A DNA stretch of 64,000 bases from an uncultured virus (IMG/VR IMGVR_UViG_2061766007_000169) (IMGVR_UViG_2061766007_000169), one strand, 5' to 3'. Shown: positions 33,916 through 43,225, counted from the stretch's first letter. The notes: a model not told the origin generated them from the sequence alone. Translations and numbers: made by a program.

Positions 33916-34118
33916 GCATCTCCTTTATTATCCGGATAGAATCAAAGAACAATCCGGAACGAGTTGTCTCTGCATCACCCTGCAGTTCTGATGTCATCCC
34001 CGCTCTTTTACCTGCGATGGAAACATCATGGCTACTGGCATGGAGAGCCGTAAGTGATAACATCAACAGGCTCTATCTCCCACCCATTGATCTTCGTCAC
34101 ATCACCAAGCTGCTTCAT
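33422..34118 (-). CDS. C5-methyltransferase catalytic fragment (motifs III-VIII) interrupted by 7 extra nt with a TAG after SPCQ
   Basis: MKQLGDVTKI...YGSPCQ-TAG; DVSIAGKRAG, RSGLF, ENVPG and PQRRKR continue in another frame. Confidence 0.75.
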
Positions 34119-34153
34119 GCTAGTTCCATCACCTCTTTTCCTTTTCCTTATTA

Positions 34154-34597
34154 TTAATCGGCTTTCTCTTCGCCGGACTTTATGCCGTACCTCGGCATGA
34201 ATGTTTTCTCAATGAGAGGAATGTTCTTGTTCCACGCCTTGGACGAAACGGCAAACGTGTAATCCTCAAAGCCGAGAATCTTCTGCAGGCTGTCGTTGTA
34301 ATACGCTACTGCTTCCGGCGGAATAGGCACATGGTCTGCCAGGAATCTGCTGATCAGCATGGATGCTATGCTAAGCCTTAAGACGGGTGCTTTGTCCTCT
34401 TCGGGAACATCGTCAAGAGCGGTAAGTTCCGCTTCTCTCTGGACATCGCTCCTGTCGTCCGGTACATCCTCGTCCTTTACGCTGTCCGACACCTCATCGA
34501 TGACACCGCACAGGCGAGACAGCTTCTCTTCAGCCGGAAGGTCTTCCCATTCATCGCTGAAGATACCGATTTTTTCCATTGCTTCCATTGTTGTCAT
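34154..34597 (-). CDS. Hypothetical protein
   Basis: Start MTTMEA with AAGGAG RBS. Confidence 0.65.
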   Translation of the reverse strand: MTTMEAMEKIGIFSDEWEDLPAEEKLSRLCGVIDEVSDSVKDEDVPDDRSDVQREAELTALDDVPEEDKAPVLRLSIASMLISRFLADHVPIPPEAVAYYNDSLQKILGFEDYTFAVSSKAWNKNIPLIEKTFMPRYGIKSGEEKAD

Positions 34598-34610
34598 TGC
34601 TTTATCTCCT

Positions 34611-34904
34611 TTAAAAATATTTTTGATAGCGTTCAGGAAGGATGCCACTCCCATATACGATACGCTCATAGTCCTCGTAGTCATAGGAATCATCCTCGTA
34701 CTCATCCGGATCATCCACCGGATCGTTGTCATACCTCCACTTTGGGCAGATGTAATCATTGCACAGAGTCCTGTTATTAATGTGGGTTATCTTCATGCCC
34801 TTGACATTGCACGTTCCTGTCTCCCAGTCATCACGGCTGTGGCACATCGCCCTGCAATCAAGACAGATCCCCGGTCTTTTCTTTGAATATCTCATAGGGT
34901 TCAC
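34611..34904 (-). CDS. Cys-rich hypothetical protein with acidic tail
   Basis: 97 aa in operon. Confidence 0.55.
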   Translation of the reverse strand: MNPMRYSKKRPGICLDCRAMCHSRDDWETGTCNVKGMKITHINNRTLCNDYICPKWRYDNDPVDDPDEYEDDSYDYEDYERIVYGSGILPERYQKYF

Positions 34905-34906
34905 AG

Positions 34907-35197
34907 CTAAAACCCCCGGCTTTCTATGGCATAAACAACAGGGAACTGATCAAGCTTCTCCGGATGGGCAAGGAATACCGTTTCGAAATCGAGGTTCAGT
35001 ATCTTGCATACCTTGTAAGCTTCCGCTACATACCAGTTTCCCCATGACAGCCTGTTCCATATCGTCCGGAGACTTACACCGAGCATATCGGCAAGCATCT
35101 GTCCGCTTACACCCTGCTCCGTCATCGCCGTTGTGATCGCCACAGAATCTACCATCCGGTTCTCTGTAGCACAGTAGTCATTCTTTGATGCACTCAT
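34907..35197 (-). CDS. XRE-type HTH protein
   Basis: LADMLGVSLRTIWNRL. Confidence 0.7.
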   Translation of the reverse strand: MSASKNDYCATENRMVDSVAITTAMTEQGVSGQMLADMLGVSLRTIWNRLSWGNWYVAEAYKVCKILNLDFETVFLAHPEKLDQFPVVYAIESRGF

Positions 35198-35203
35198 ATC
35201 TGT

Positions 35204-35650
35204 TCACCACTCATCATCCGGAATTCTCATCCACGCAGCAACTGTGATCGTCTCATCGAGGACTGAGCCGTCCGACCTTGTCTCGTACCATATCTTCTTC
35301 CGGCTGTCGAACCACAGCACAGCGTAGGTCTTCAGCCTTGACCTACCTACCGGAACTACCCTGATGCACAGGTAGTAGTCAGACTCACCCGGATAAGTTC
35401 CGGCTACCCACTGGCTTGGCTTCTTACTCCCTGCGAGTACCGCTTCATCAACACCGAGGGCGGAAGACAGCAAGCTTATCGTTGTCGCTGACGGCTGTTG
35501 CTTCTGCCTTTCGATATTGGCGATGGTTATTCTGTGGACTCCGGATCTCTCAGACAGTTCCGCCTGCGTAAGTCCGGCACTCTTCCGCATCTCACGTACC
35601 CTGTTCTTCGGGAGATAGTCACGGCGGACTACCCTTGGACTACTCTTCAT
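35204..35650 (-). CDS. XRE HTH fused to a DUF551-like domain
   Basis: GLTQAELSERSGVHRITIANIE; C-terminal VAAWMRIP. Confidence 0.7.
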   Translation of the reverse strand: MKSSPRVVRRDYLPKNRVREMRKSAGLTQAELSERSGVHRITIANIERQKQQPSATTISLLSSALGVDEAVLAGSKKPSQWVAGTYPGESDYYLCIRVVPVGRSRLKTYAVLWFDSRKKIWYETRSDGSVLDETITVAAWMRIPDDEW

Positions 35651-36031
35651 CGAACCAGTCCCTCCCAAACAGTTCACGCTCCGGAAAATCTTTTCCGGTC
35701 TGCTCCCATAGCATCGCTTCAAGAAGCTTGTTCCAAAGCAGTACCATAAGATAAACGAACACACAGATGACCGCCAGGATTGAATAGATGTCTGCTCTCA
35801 TTGTCATAACTCCTTTCATTAATGTTACATAATTGATCGTGCAGACTGTTGCAAAACAGGACATTGCGTAGGGGAATGATGCGCGAAAGTACTGTTCAGA
35901 TCATAAGTTGTGCCGATGCTTTAAACCGCAACACTAATGAGGTATTAAAACGTGACACTAATTTGTAATCTGATGCTTTACTTTTGTAGCGTTTTGTGTT
36001 ATTCTTTTTGTTACAAAAGGGGATGATAGCT

Positions 36032-36358
36032 GTGCAAAAAAAGTTCCAGGATATAATAAGGGATATCCGGAAAGCCAATCGCATGAGCCAGGAAGAAGCT
36101 GCGAAGCGGATGAAGATCGCACGAAGCACTCTCGCTTCCTACGAAGCAGGACTCCGCAAGCCGGGTTATGATATCCTTAAACGGATGTCGGCTGCCTACG
36201 ATGTGGACTATGATGTTCTGTTAAAGCAGACAGGGGATTGGATCGACGAGGAAACCATGCTTGATAAGCCGAGGAGAGTTCTGCTTCAGACTATCTCTGA
36301 TGCTTCCGAAGAAGAAGTAAACCGGATCATCAGAGTGATAGAAGCAATGCGGAGTTAA
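36032..36358 (+). CDS. CI-like XRE repressor
   Basis: MSQEEAAKRMKIARSTLASYEAGLRKP; divergent from the leftward operon; GTG start after AAGGGG. Confidence 0.8.
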   Translation: MQKKFQDIIRDIRKANRMSQEEAAKRMKIARSTLASYEAGLRKPGYDILKRMSAAYDVDYDVLLKQTGDWIDEETMLDKPRRVLLQTISDASEEEVNRIIRVIEAMRS

Positions 36359-36516
36359 ACGATATCTGCGCCTTTGAACCATGAGGTGAACAGTTCGCCC
36401 GGAGAGTATATGCTTTACAATCTGATGGAAGAATTCGGAGATATTGATTCTAACGACAAAGCTATGGTTTCTCTCCCTGTCTGCTGTTAAACATTATATC
36501 AGTTCATCAGAAGAAA

Positions 36517-36843
36517 TCAAGTGCAAGATTCTGCACACCCAGTCTCCTCTCTGATGCGTTCCACAAGGGCATCAACATCTCTTCTGTTCCAGATCACTTC
36601 GACATTCTGACCATCATCACGCAGTTCTTTATGCCGGAGTTTCTGCACCATGCTCAGATGCCCGCTGTCTGTCTTCAGTTCTATCCATAATACCCTGCCG
36701 TCCGGAAGAGTGAGCAGCCTGTCCGGCATACCTATCCGGTTGTCCGGAATAAACTTATAGGTATGAAGTCCTATGTCAGCCATCCGCTTCACAAGATAGG
36801 ACTCAACTTCTTTCTCTCTGTTAAGCTTCCGGTATGTCATCAA
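36517..36843 (-). CDS. VRR-NUC nuclease
   Basis: EK.VE, GMPDRL, IELK, LS..Q motifs. Confidence 0.85.
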   Translation of the reverse strand: MMTYRKLNREKEVESYLVKRMADIGLHTYKFIPDNRIGMPDRLLTLPDGRVLWIELKTDSGHLSMVQKLRHKELRDDGQNVEVIWNRRDVDALVERIREETGCAESCT

Positions 36844-37640
36844 CCAGCCACCCTTCTCTCTTCAGCATCAGCAAGATCGTGCCGTCCTATATCATGGTAG
36901 ACAAGACAGATTATAAATGGTGAAAGAAGTCCATCACGTTCCAGGCGGAGCAAAGAATGAAGGAGAGGATCATCGTCAATGTATGCCCCTGTGGTAGGAA
37001 TGTCGTACTCAAGTCGGACCGTGCATCCGCTCTTTCTTCTGTAATAACTGTAAGGCACCGGCGGTACTCTCCGCAACGGCATACCCAGCAGAACATCTCT
37101 GCTGTCAGCGTACTGCCGGATCAGTTGCTGCACATAAGCCGGATCGAAGCCATTGAGTTCAAGCTGCGAGACAACAAGCGGATGCTCCGGAGGTATCCGT
37201 ACATCGAAATGAACAACACGGATGCCCTTTTCCTTTTTACTCTTCCGCTTCTTTACTTTCGGCGGTCTGATTCTGTCCGGACAATAGACAGCATCGGCAA
37301 GTTCATGCTCACCAAGATCATGGTAGACAAGGGAGCAGAAGTAGGAACTCAGACTCCCGGTCTTTCCGGTAAGGAACTGTATCAGATCAGCGTCGGTCTC
37401 CGTATTCAGCCGGAAAGAAACTCCTATATCAGAATAGGATTCAAATCGTGGTGGCGGAAAGAATGTACGCTGTCTGTTAACAAGGCTGTCATGGTCGGTA
37501 AGATCAGCAAGGGCAAGATCTCTCAGATAGATGTTCAGGTTCTTCTGTCCGGACACACTCTTCAGCCTGTCAAGAACAAGCGGATGATAGGAATGAAACC
37601 GCAGACAGAATCGTTTGCTCGTTTTATTTTTTGATGTCAT
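36840..37640 (-). CDS. Internally duplicated protein with ribbon-helix-helix-like repeats
   Basis: Two halves, each containing HPLV and ending LVYHD(L/I)G.H.LADA. Confidence 0.6.
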   Translation of the reverse strand: MTSKNKTSKRFCLRFHSYHPLVLDRLKSVSGQKNLNIYLRDLALADLTDHDSLVNRQRTFFPPPRFESYSDIGVSFRLNTETDADLIQFLTGKTGSLSSYFCSLVYHDLGEHELADAVYCPDRIRPPKVKKRKSKKEKGIRVVHFDVRIPPEHPLVVSQLELNGFDPAYVQQLIRQYADSRDVLLGMPLRRVPPVPYSYYRRKSGCTVRLEYDIPTTGAYIDDDPLLHSLLRLERDGLLSPFIICLVYHDIGRHDLADAEERRVAG

Positions 37641-38217
37641 GGTTAGTTCTCCTAAACTGCAACTAGTGATTTAACGCATTTCGAAAAATGATGTCACGTT
37701 TATCTTACTACGAATTGTCCGAAAACGCAACAGAAAATTTCAGATCATGACATCAAAATCCAAAATGGGTTACGTGAAAATGCCTGCAGCTTTGCACCCT
37801 GTGAGTAAAGCATGACATCATTTTTCGAAATGGGTTACGTGAAAATGCCTGCAACTCTGCACCCTAGGTTGACATCAGACATCAAAATCCAAAATGGGTT
37901 ATACATATCACCCTGCAGCTTGACACCCTAATCATGACATCAGACATCAAAATCCAAAATGCGATATACATATCACCCTGCAGCTTGACACCCTGGCAAC
38001 AGCACAAGGTATAGTATATAAAAACAACCAACCACTATATATTGGTATATATATGCTTTAAAACCCTATCTAGTACTATTTATAGTAGTGATGTCATTTT
38101 CTATAGGTATAGGGTGCAAGTATACATATTATACCTGTTTTGGATTTTGATGTCTGATGTCATGCAACTGTACACACTATACCCATTTTGGATTTTGATG
38201 TCTGATGTCATGCAACT
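37632..38217. repeat. Iteron-like array: four ~60-bp direct units plus two inverted copies around an AT-rich core
   Basis: GACATCAAAATCCAAAATG-type units starting at 37744, 37811, 37870, 37931; inverted copies near 38139 and 38181; nine TGACATCA cores. Confidence 0.85.
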
Positions 38218-38235
38218 CTCTGGGAAGATGCCTAG

Positions 38236-38559
38236 TCAGGATTCCTGGTCTTCAGCTAGGCTTTCCTCTGGGTAAATACCTAGGCTATTGTCCGTTACTG
38301 TCCGGATGAAATGCCTTGCTGCCATGTCTGAACGGATAAGGGATTTGATATAGCCTTGCTTGTTAGGGATGGTGGTGAGGAAGTCAAGTATATCCTGATC
38401 GGTGGTGTTGTTCAGCTTCACGTTCAACCTGGTTGTGTTCTCCTTGTCATAGACAGCGTTGTATTTCTGGTGCTGTCTCTTCTTCTGTTCTTCTGTCTTG
38501 GTCTTCGGTCTGCTCATGCGGTAAGTAGTCCTTCCTATTCTCATAGTGATGCTCTCCAT
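38236..38559 (-). CDS. RHH-like DNA-binding protein
   Basis: LNVKLNNTTDQDILDFL...NKQGYIKSLIRSD. Confidence 0.65.
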   Translation of the reverse strand: MESITMRIGRTTYRMSRPKTKTEEQKKRQHQKYNAVYDKENTTRLNVKLNNTTDQDILDFLTTIPNKQGYIKSLIRSDMAARHFIRTVTDNSLGIYPEESLAEDQES

Positions 38560-38582
38560 TCTATCACAAAATATTTTTTAGA

Positions 38583-38768
38583 TCAATGCCGGGATGCCTG
38601 TGCCGAAATAGATTTCTCTACCTCGGCAAAGGAATCGGCAGCTTTCTCATTCAGCAGACGATCAGATGGTGACTGACTGATACGTGCTGATTCTTCTGCA
38701 TGGACTTTAGCCATTGCAAGGGCATACCGGATAAGCAGTATGTCTTTCTGTGTGAGATCAACTGTCAT
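38583..38768 (-). CDS. Small early protein
   Basis: Strong AAAGGAG RBS. Confidence 0.6.
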   Translation of the reverse strand: MTVDLTQKDILLIRYALAMAKVHAEESARISQSPSDRLLNEKAADSFAEVEKSISAQASRH

Positions 38769-39043
38769 GGCTGGTTCTCCTTTCTCTTACGATCGAGTTC
38801 AACTCTTTGCTGTTTGTTCCGGAGTTGTTCGACGATGCAGATGGCATAGTTGATGGTGTCTCTTTCTTTCCGGAAAGAGGATGGTATATCCCACAGGATG
38901 TACTCAAGAGCAGAGACAACAAGCTGATAGGAGTCCGCCGGAATCTCTTTCAGTCCGTCTTCACGGTCGAGTCCTTTGGTGAAGAGTTCAGAAAAGACAG
39001 CGTCTGTAACGTGGAAGTCATATGGTTTCAGTTCGATAGTCAT
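38765..39043 (-). CDS. Small early protein
   Basis: Strong RBS leader. Confidence 0.65.
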   Translation of the reverse strand: MTIELKPYDFHVTDAVFSELFTKGLDREDGLKEIPADSYQLVVSALEYILWDIPSSFRKERDTINYAICIVEQLRNKQQRVELDRKRKENQP

Positions 39044-39213
39044 TGTTCAGTTCTCCTTTACACAATAATATAGAAGGTTTTCAAGTTCGCTGATGGCATT
39101 GTCTAGTCTCCGGAGTATCTCTTTGTTCTTTCTGATAGTCGGAATGTCTGAAGAAATGCGGATGAGTACATCCTCTGCTTCTGCTATCCGGTCGATGATT
39201 TCCTGTGGCATGG

Positions 39214-39606
39214 TTAGTTCTCCTTTCTTTCCTCGGAGTCAAAGCCGAGGTCTCTTCTGATTCGATCGACAGGGAAGTTCCGGATGTCGTGATACTCTAG
39301 CCAATCCATATAGGACATATCGAATATTCCGGCATCAACTCCAACTCTCACCGCCTGGATGTACTCCTCACGGAAGCTTGCTTCCGGTCTTACTTCCAGG
39401 GTATCGTAATACTGCATGAGTTCTTCCTCGCTGTTCAACAGCGTGAGATCGATTGTTCCGTAGGTGTTCATGACTTCTTCTCTCTCGCAGAAATTGCAGA
39501 AGATGTTTTCACCATCTCTGTGGAATCTCTCTCCGGCAAGGGTAGTCATGTGGAAGTGTCCACACTCCGAGCATCTCCAAAGGTCTGCTAAAAGTTTCTT
39601 ACTCAT
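39214..39606 (-). CDS. Early protein with zinc ribbon
   Basis: CSEC...CNFC; strong RBS. Confidence 0.65.
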   Translation of the reverse strand: MSKKLLADLWRCSECGHFHMTTLAGERFHRDGENIFCNFCEREEVMNTYGTIDLTLLNSEEELMQYYDTLEVRPEASFREEYIQAVRVGVDAGIFDMSYMDWLEYHDIRNFPVDRIRRDLGFDSEERKEN

Positions 39607-39622
39607 TGTTCAGTTCTCCTTT

Positions 39623-39868
39623 TCATTTATTGATGTCTTCCATATAGTCCTCTTCGTAGGACGGAAGATTCTTTTCAACGAGGTCTACGAAACGATGGTA
39701 TGGTGTATGCTCTCCGTTGGCATGGATCGGCATTTCGAACATGAGACAGGATATGTCATAGGCTTTATGGGATAGCCATGCTTCGTGAAGATCCTTTGTC
39801 TCCACTATGTCGATGAGGAAGTCTCCGTCTGTAAAGCGTTTGATCTTGTATCCGATTGCTTCTTTCAT
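39623..39868 (-). CDS. Small early protein
   Basis: AAAGGAG RBS. Confidence 0.6.
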   Translation of the reverse strand: MKEAIGYKIKRFTDGDFLIDIVETKDLHEAWLSHKAYDISCLMFEMPIHANGEHTPYHRFVDLVEKNLPSYEEDYMEDINK

Positions 39869-39883
39869 TTCATATCTCCTTTC

Positions 39884-40165
39884 TTATTCCTCTGCTGTGG
39901 CCGCTTCAATTGCCATCCGGATGAATTCCTTAATTGGTTCGTGTGCTACCACATCTCCAGTGAGACGATCTGTGCTGACAACTTCCTCGTCATTGATGAC
40001 GATGAAATCCTGGTAGTCCCAGTCGGTAAGATGCTTTAGGTTCAGCTTGGCATCTTCGGAAAGAGCCAGCCATTCCTCTCTGTCGAGGTGTTCGTCGATG
40101 AGATCGTACGCATCGTGGTAAACGCAGATGTTGCTGATCTCTGTGGTGTTGATGATTGCTTTCAT
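39884..40165 (-). CDS. Small acidic early protein
   Basis: AAGGAGG RBS. Confidence 0.65.
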   Translation of the reverse strand: MKAIINTTEISNICVYHDAYDLIDEHLDREEWLALSEDAKLNLKHLTDWDYQDFIVINDEEVVSTDRLTGDVVAHEPIKEFIRMAIEAATAEE

Positions 40166-40183
40166 TGTTCAGTCCTCCTTAGC

Positions 40184-40429
40184 TTAAATCCTTTCATACT
40201 CTTCTTCCAGGAGTTTAACAACTTCGCAGTTCTTGTGTAGATCAATCCAATGCTGCACAGTATGCCGAAAATTATTTTTAAATTCTTCGGAATGCGCTTT
40301 TTCTCGCTGCTCTTTGCACACTTCCACAAGACTCAGAACATGATTCTTTTCATATTCTACAGCGTCGAAAGGTTCTTCTCCCTGAATATAGGCACGTGCT
40401 TGTTCGTAAGTTAAAGGTTTTCTTTTCAT
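40184..40429 (-). CDS. Small early protein
   Basis: Coupled; RBS. Confidence 0.6.
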   Translation of the reverse strand: MKRKPLTYEQARAYIQGEEPFDAVEYEKNHVLSLVEVCKEQREKAHSEEFKNNFRHTVQHWIDLHKNCEVVKLLEEEYERI

Positions 40430-40833
40430 TGTTCATTCTCCTCTTCTGAATAGTCAATGGGGATTGCGATGTAAACTGTCTCGTCAAGCTCGATGTCATA
40501 TCCGCCACCATTATGATCCGGATCGTACCTCAGATCGACAGTGTAGATATTGTAATCCCACACGTTCTTGTCCTGACGGCAGTCCAGGCGAGTGGCATAG
40601 ATTCCGGTGACCTCATAGTCAAACATGAATCGGTCTCCGATCTCCGGAAGCTTCCTCATGATCTCCGCATCAGCATAGATACGCTGTTTTGTCCGTAGGT
40701 TTTCACTTAAGCAGAATGTGATCTCGCTCATCTTTAATCTCCTTTCATTTTTAATTTGGACGAGAGCAGACGATCTGCTCTCCGCTTTGAGCCTAACCAA
40801 CTGTTTATACTCGCTCAAACGAGTTAATTCCAT
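40426..40833 (-). CDS. Early protein (true start may be the internal MSEI)
   Basis: ORF in early cluster. Confidence 0.55.
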   Translation of the reverse strand: MELTRLSEYKQLVRLKAESRSSALVQIKNERRLKMSEITFCLSENLRTKQRIYADAEIMRKLPEIGDRFMFDYEVTGIYATRLDCRQDKNVWDYNIYTVDLRYDPDHNGGGYDIELDETVYIAIPIDYSEEENEQ

Positions 40834-41000
40834 TCCGGTTTATATCTTTCAATTTTGAAATCATGGAAAACTGATCTGCTTAAATGTGGTATCTTTTCCA
40901 ATACCTTTTGGCTTGCGTAGAATTCATTTTCAGCTTCAACAAGGTAACTATGCAACATCCCTGCAAGCTTATAGCTTACTGAATAAGTGTATGTCATTGC

Positions 41001-41204
41001 TCATTCTCCTTTCCTGAATATCCGCAAAGCTGTTGCTAATTCTCTCCGGAATTCTAACTCTTCCTCACGCTCTGTCTTATTTTTCGGAAGTCCTATCGAC
41101 AGATAATCCTTTGCCATCTTTACTCCGGTCTCTGCTCCGTAGGACATGAGATCGAAAAAGAAAGCTAAACCATTCGCATAACTCATTGCGTATTCTCCTC
41201 TCAT
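41001..41204 (-). CDS. Small early protein
   Basis: ORF with RBS. Confidence 0.5.
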   Translation of the reverse strand: MRGEYAMSYANGLAFFFDLMSYGAETGVKMAKDYLSIGLPKNKTEREEELEFRRELATALRIFRKGE

Positions 41205-41274
41205 TAAATCAGTCTGTTTCCTATCTCCCCGGCAATCAGAGAGATCGTACCAAGCAATACGAATGATATCCAGA

Positions 41275-41682
41275 TCATAAGCTTATCTCCTGAAGCTTCA
41301 TCGTGATCGTGTAGTAAGAATCGTTTTCTACGATGGCATCCAGGCGAAATAGCTTTCTGTAGTTATGCTCCCAATGCATCGGATTGTTCTGCATTCTGCT
41401 AGTGATGAAAGCTTCATGATCAACACCATCTTTTCTGATACCGAAGAACCAAGTATTGTTCTCCAGGCATCCGGAGTTAATCCACTTTTCAACAGACTGC
41501 CAATCGATAAACAGATCAGAAGCATATCTCTCTGCGAATCGTCCGGTATCTTGGATCAGCTTGGTAAGGATGGATGAAGCGTTGATGTCCCATACTGTCT
41601 CGTTTTCATAGTTGCGAGTAAGATAGCCATCTGCCATGATCGGCTTTTCATATTCGGATGGTCTGAGATCGAATGCTGTCAT
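41275..41682 (-). CDS. First early-gene product, hypothetical
   Basis: AAAGGAG RBS directly after a strong promoter. Confidence 0.7.
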   Translation of the reverse strand: MTAFDLRPSEYEKPIMADGYLTRNYENETVWDINASSILTKLIQDTGRFAERYASDLFIDWQSVEKWINSGCLENNTWFFGIRKDGVDHEAFITSRMQNNPMHWEHNYRKLFRLDAIVENDSYYTITMKLQEISL

Positions 41683-41718
41683 TGTTGTTATCTCCTTTTC
41701 GTTTCATTTCATTTCGAA

Positions 41719-41776
41719 CAGTGATCACTGCTCTTTACAGTTTCGGATTTTAGCACAGTGATCACTGTGCTGTCAA
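41719..41776 (-). promoter_or_regulatory. Sigma-A early promoter with two palindromic operators
   Basis: TTGACA (41776-41771), 18-bp spacer equal to the perfect palindrome GCACAGTGATCACTGTGC, TAAAAT; second CAGTGATCACTG at 41719-41730. Confidence 0.8.
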
Positions 41777-41993
41777 GCATTTTTTTACGATTTTTTGAAA
41801 AAATTTTTGGCGGATTGTTTGCCTACATTATTATACGCACCGCAAAAATTCGCTTTCATTGCCTAGGCAAAAACCAGGAAGTCATCACCGGACAGCAGAA
41901 AATAGCGAAAGAAAAACGAGAGGAAATCGGAAGCTGAAAACAATAACCTATAAACCTACCTAGTTGGTAGGTTAATGACTCGCAGCGTGACGG

Positions 41994-42245
41994 TCTGCTG
42001 ACCGGACGATCTGCTGACCGGATGACCGGATGATCTGCTGACGATCCGCTGATGATCTGCTGATGATCTGATGTTGCACAGATGTTGCACAAGCCGATGA
42101 TCTGCTTTCGGTTTTCCTCTGTGATTCCGGCATAAGCTGACCACATAGGGCGTCGGTCTATCTGTCCGTCCGCCGATGCTCTGCTGACCGGAAGCTGTGC
42201 TGATCTGACCGCCTGTGCTACCACCATAAACAGCAGACCGCAGAA
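41994..42245. repeat. Degenerate short tandem repeats (GATCTGCTGA / CTGACCGGA)
   Basis: Many imperfect copies in the non-coding gap between divergent arms. Confidence 0.7.
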
Positions 42246-42457
42246 TTTTGATAGGTATTGCGGAGACCAGGATGGTTCGTGTTGATCTTGATCTTTTAAA
42301 TAAGGAAGCGGCCCCCCATGGCTCCAGGCGGCCCCCGGGCTTCGCACTATATACTATATATAAATATTTCAGCATATTACCTGCCTACTTTTTTTCGGTA
42401 GTTTACATAACATCAAATACTAGGCTACGGATATTACTCTGCATGATATACTCGGCT

Positions 42458-42512
42458 ACGGATATCGCTCTTCATAAAACGGATATCGCTCTTCACAAAA
42501 CGGGTATCGCTA
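42458..42512. repeat. 21-bp tandem repeat, about 2.6 copies
   Basis: ACGGATATCGCTCTTCA(T/C)AAA units. Confidence 0.8.
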
Positions 42513-42650
42513 CATCAAAATTTGCTGTATTCCTGAATTACAACATATTCTGCTGTACCCCCATAGCCGGAAAAGGGGGTAGGGGGTTTGAAAATCGTTT
42601 CCAGTCTCCGGCTAATTTATGTATAAAATATGAAATTGAAAAATGCACTA

Positions 42651-42679
42651 TTGACTTTTCGTCTTTGATCCGCTATAAT
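42651..42679 (+). promoter_or_regulatory. Sigma-A promoter for the packaging arm
   Basis: TTGACT-17 bp-TATAAT. Confidence 0.75.
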
Positions 42680-42719
42680 GTATGTTGGTAAAATAGGAAC
42701 TTATAAGGGGGCGATTCTT

Positions 42720-43172
42720 TTGGCTAAGACTAAAGAAGAACTGCTTGCCTGTAAGCGGGAGAGTATGGCTTACGCACGAGAGGTGTTTGCTAATATGTCT
42801 CCTGAAGAAAGAGCGGAAAGACGGGCGAAGTGCAAAGCTGAGAGGGAGCAGAAGAAGAACTTCCATGTGCTGGCTAAGTACATGATGGAAGCGGAGATCC
42901 CAAGCGAAGATGCTGCCCGTGAAGAACTTGAACGGCATGGCTTTGTCCAGACGGACTACCAGGCGGCTGTGTTCTGGAGTCAGTTGAAGAGAGCCATTTA
43001 TAATGGTGATACAGAAGCTGCGAAGTATGTTCGTGACACTGCTGGGTATAAACCGACAGACGCCATGCAGATCGGCAACCTTGAGGATAAGCCGTTTGAG
43101 ACTCTTGATCTGAGCAAGCTGACGAACGAAGAGTTACGTAGTCTTATAGCAAAGCGTACTTCTGAAGAGTAA
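42720..43172 (+). CDS. Probable terminase small subunit
   Basis: Position before TerL; GDTEAAKYVRDTAGYKP and DLSKLTNEEL motifs; TTG start after AAGGGGG. Confidence 0.65.
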   Translation: MAKTKEELLACKRESMAYAREVFANMSPEERAERRAKCKAEREQKKNFHVLAKYMMEAEIPSEDAAREELERHGFVQTDYQAAVFWSQLKRAIYNGDTEAAKYVRDTAGYKPTDAMQIGNLEDKPFETLDLSKLTNEELRSLIAKRTSEE

Positions 43173-43188
43173 GCTGTCAAAAAAATTA

Positions 43189-43225
43189 AAGACTCATAGT
43201 TTTTGACTATGGGTCTTTTTTATTT
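43189..43225 (+). terminator. Intrinsic terminator
   Basis: AAGACTCATAGT/ACTATGGGTCTT plus T-run. Confidence 0.7.

Noticed and set aside
34033..34035. Genome-wide TAG reassignment
   Set aside because: TAG terminates normal genes (integrase, avd), and read-through alone would not fix the frameshift.
37744..38217. Possible CRISPR array
   Set aside because: Inter-repeat sequences are themselves repeated, copies occur in both orientations, and no cas operon is present; the Cas4-like gene is a standard phage replication-module nuclease.
41856..42691. ORFs of 139-163 aa across the repeat region, and long antisense ORFs elsewhere (e.g. 13210-14088, 50325-51191, 55648-56676)
   Set aside because: Low-complexity translations of repeats or shadows of real genes on the opposite strand, without RBS or recognisable motifs.
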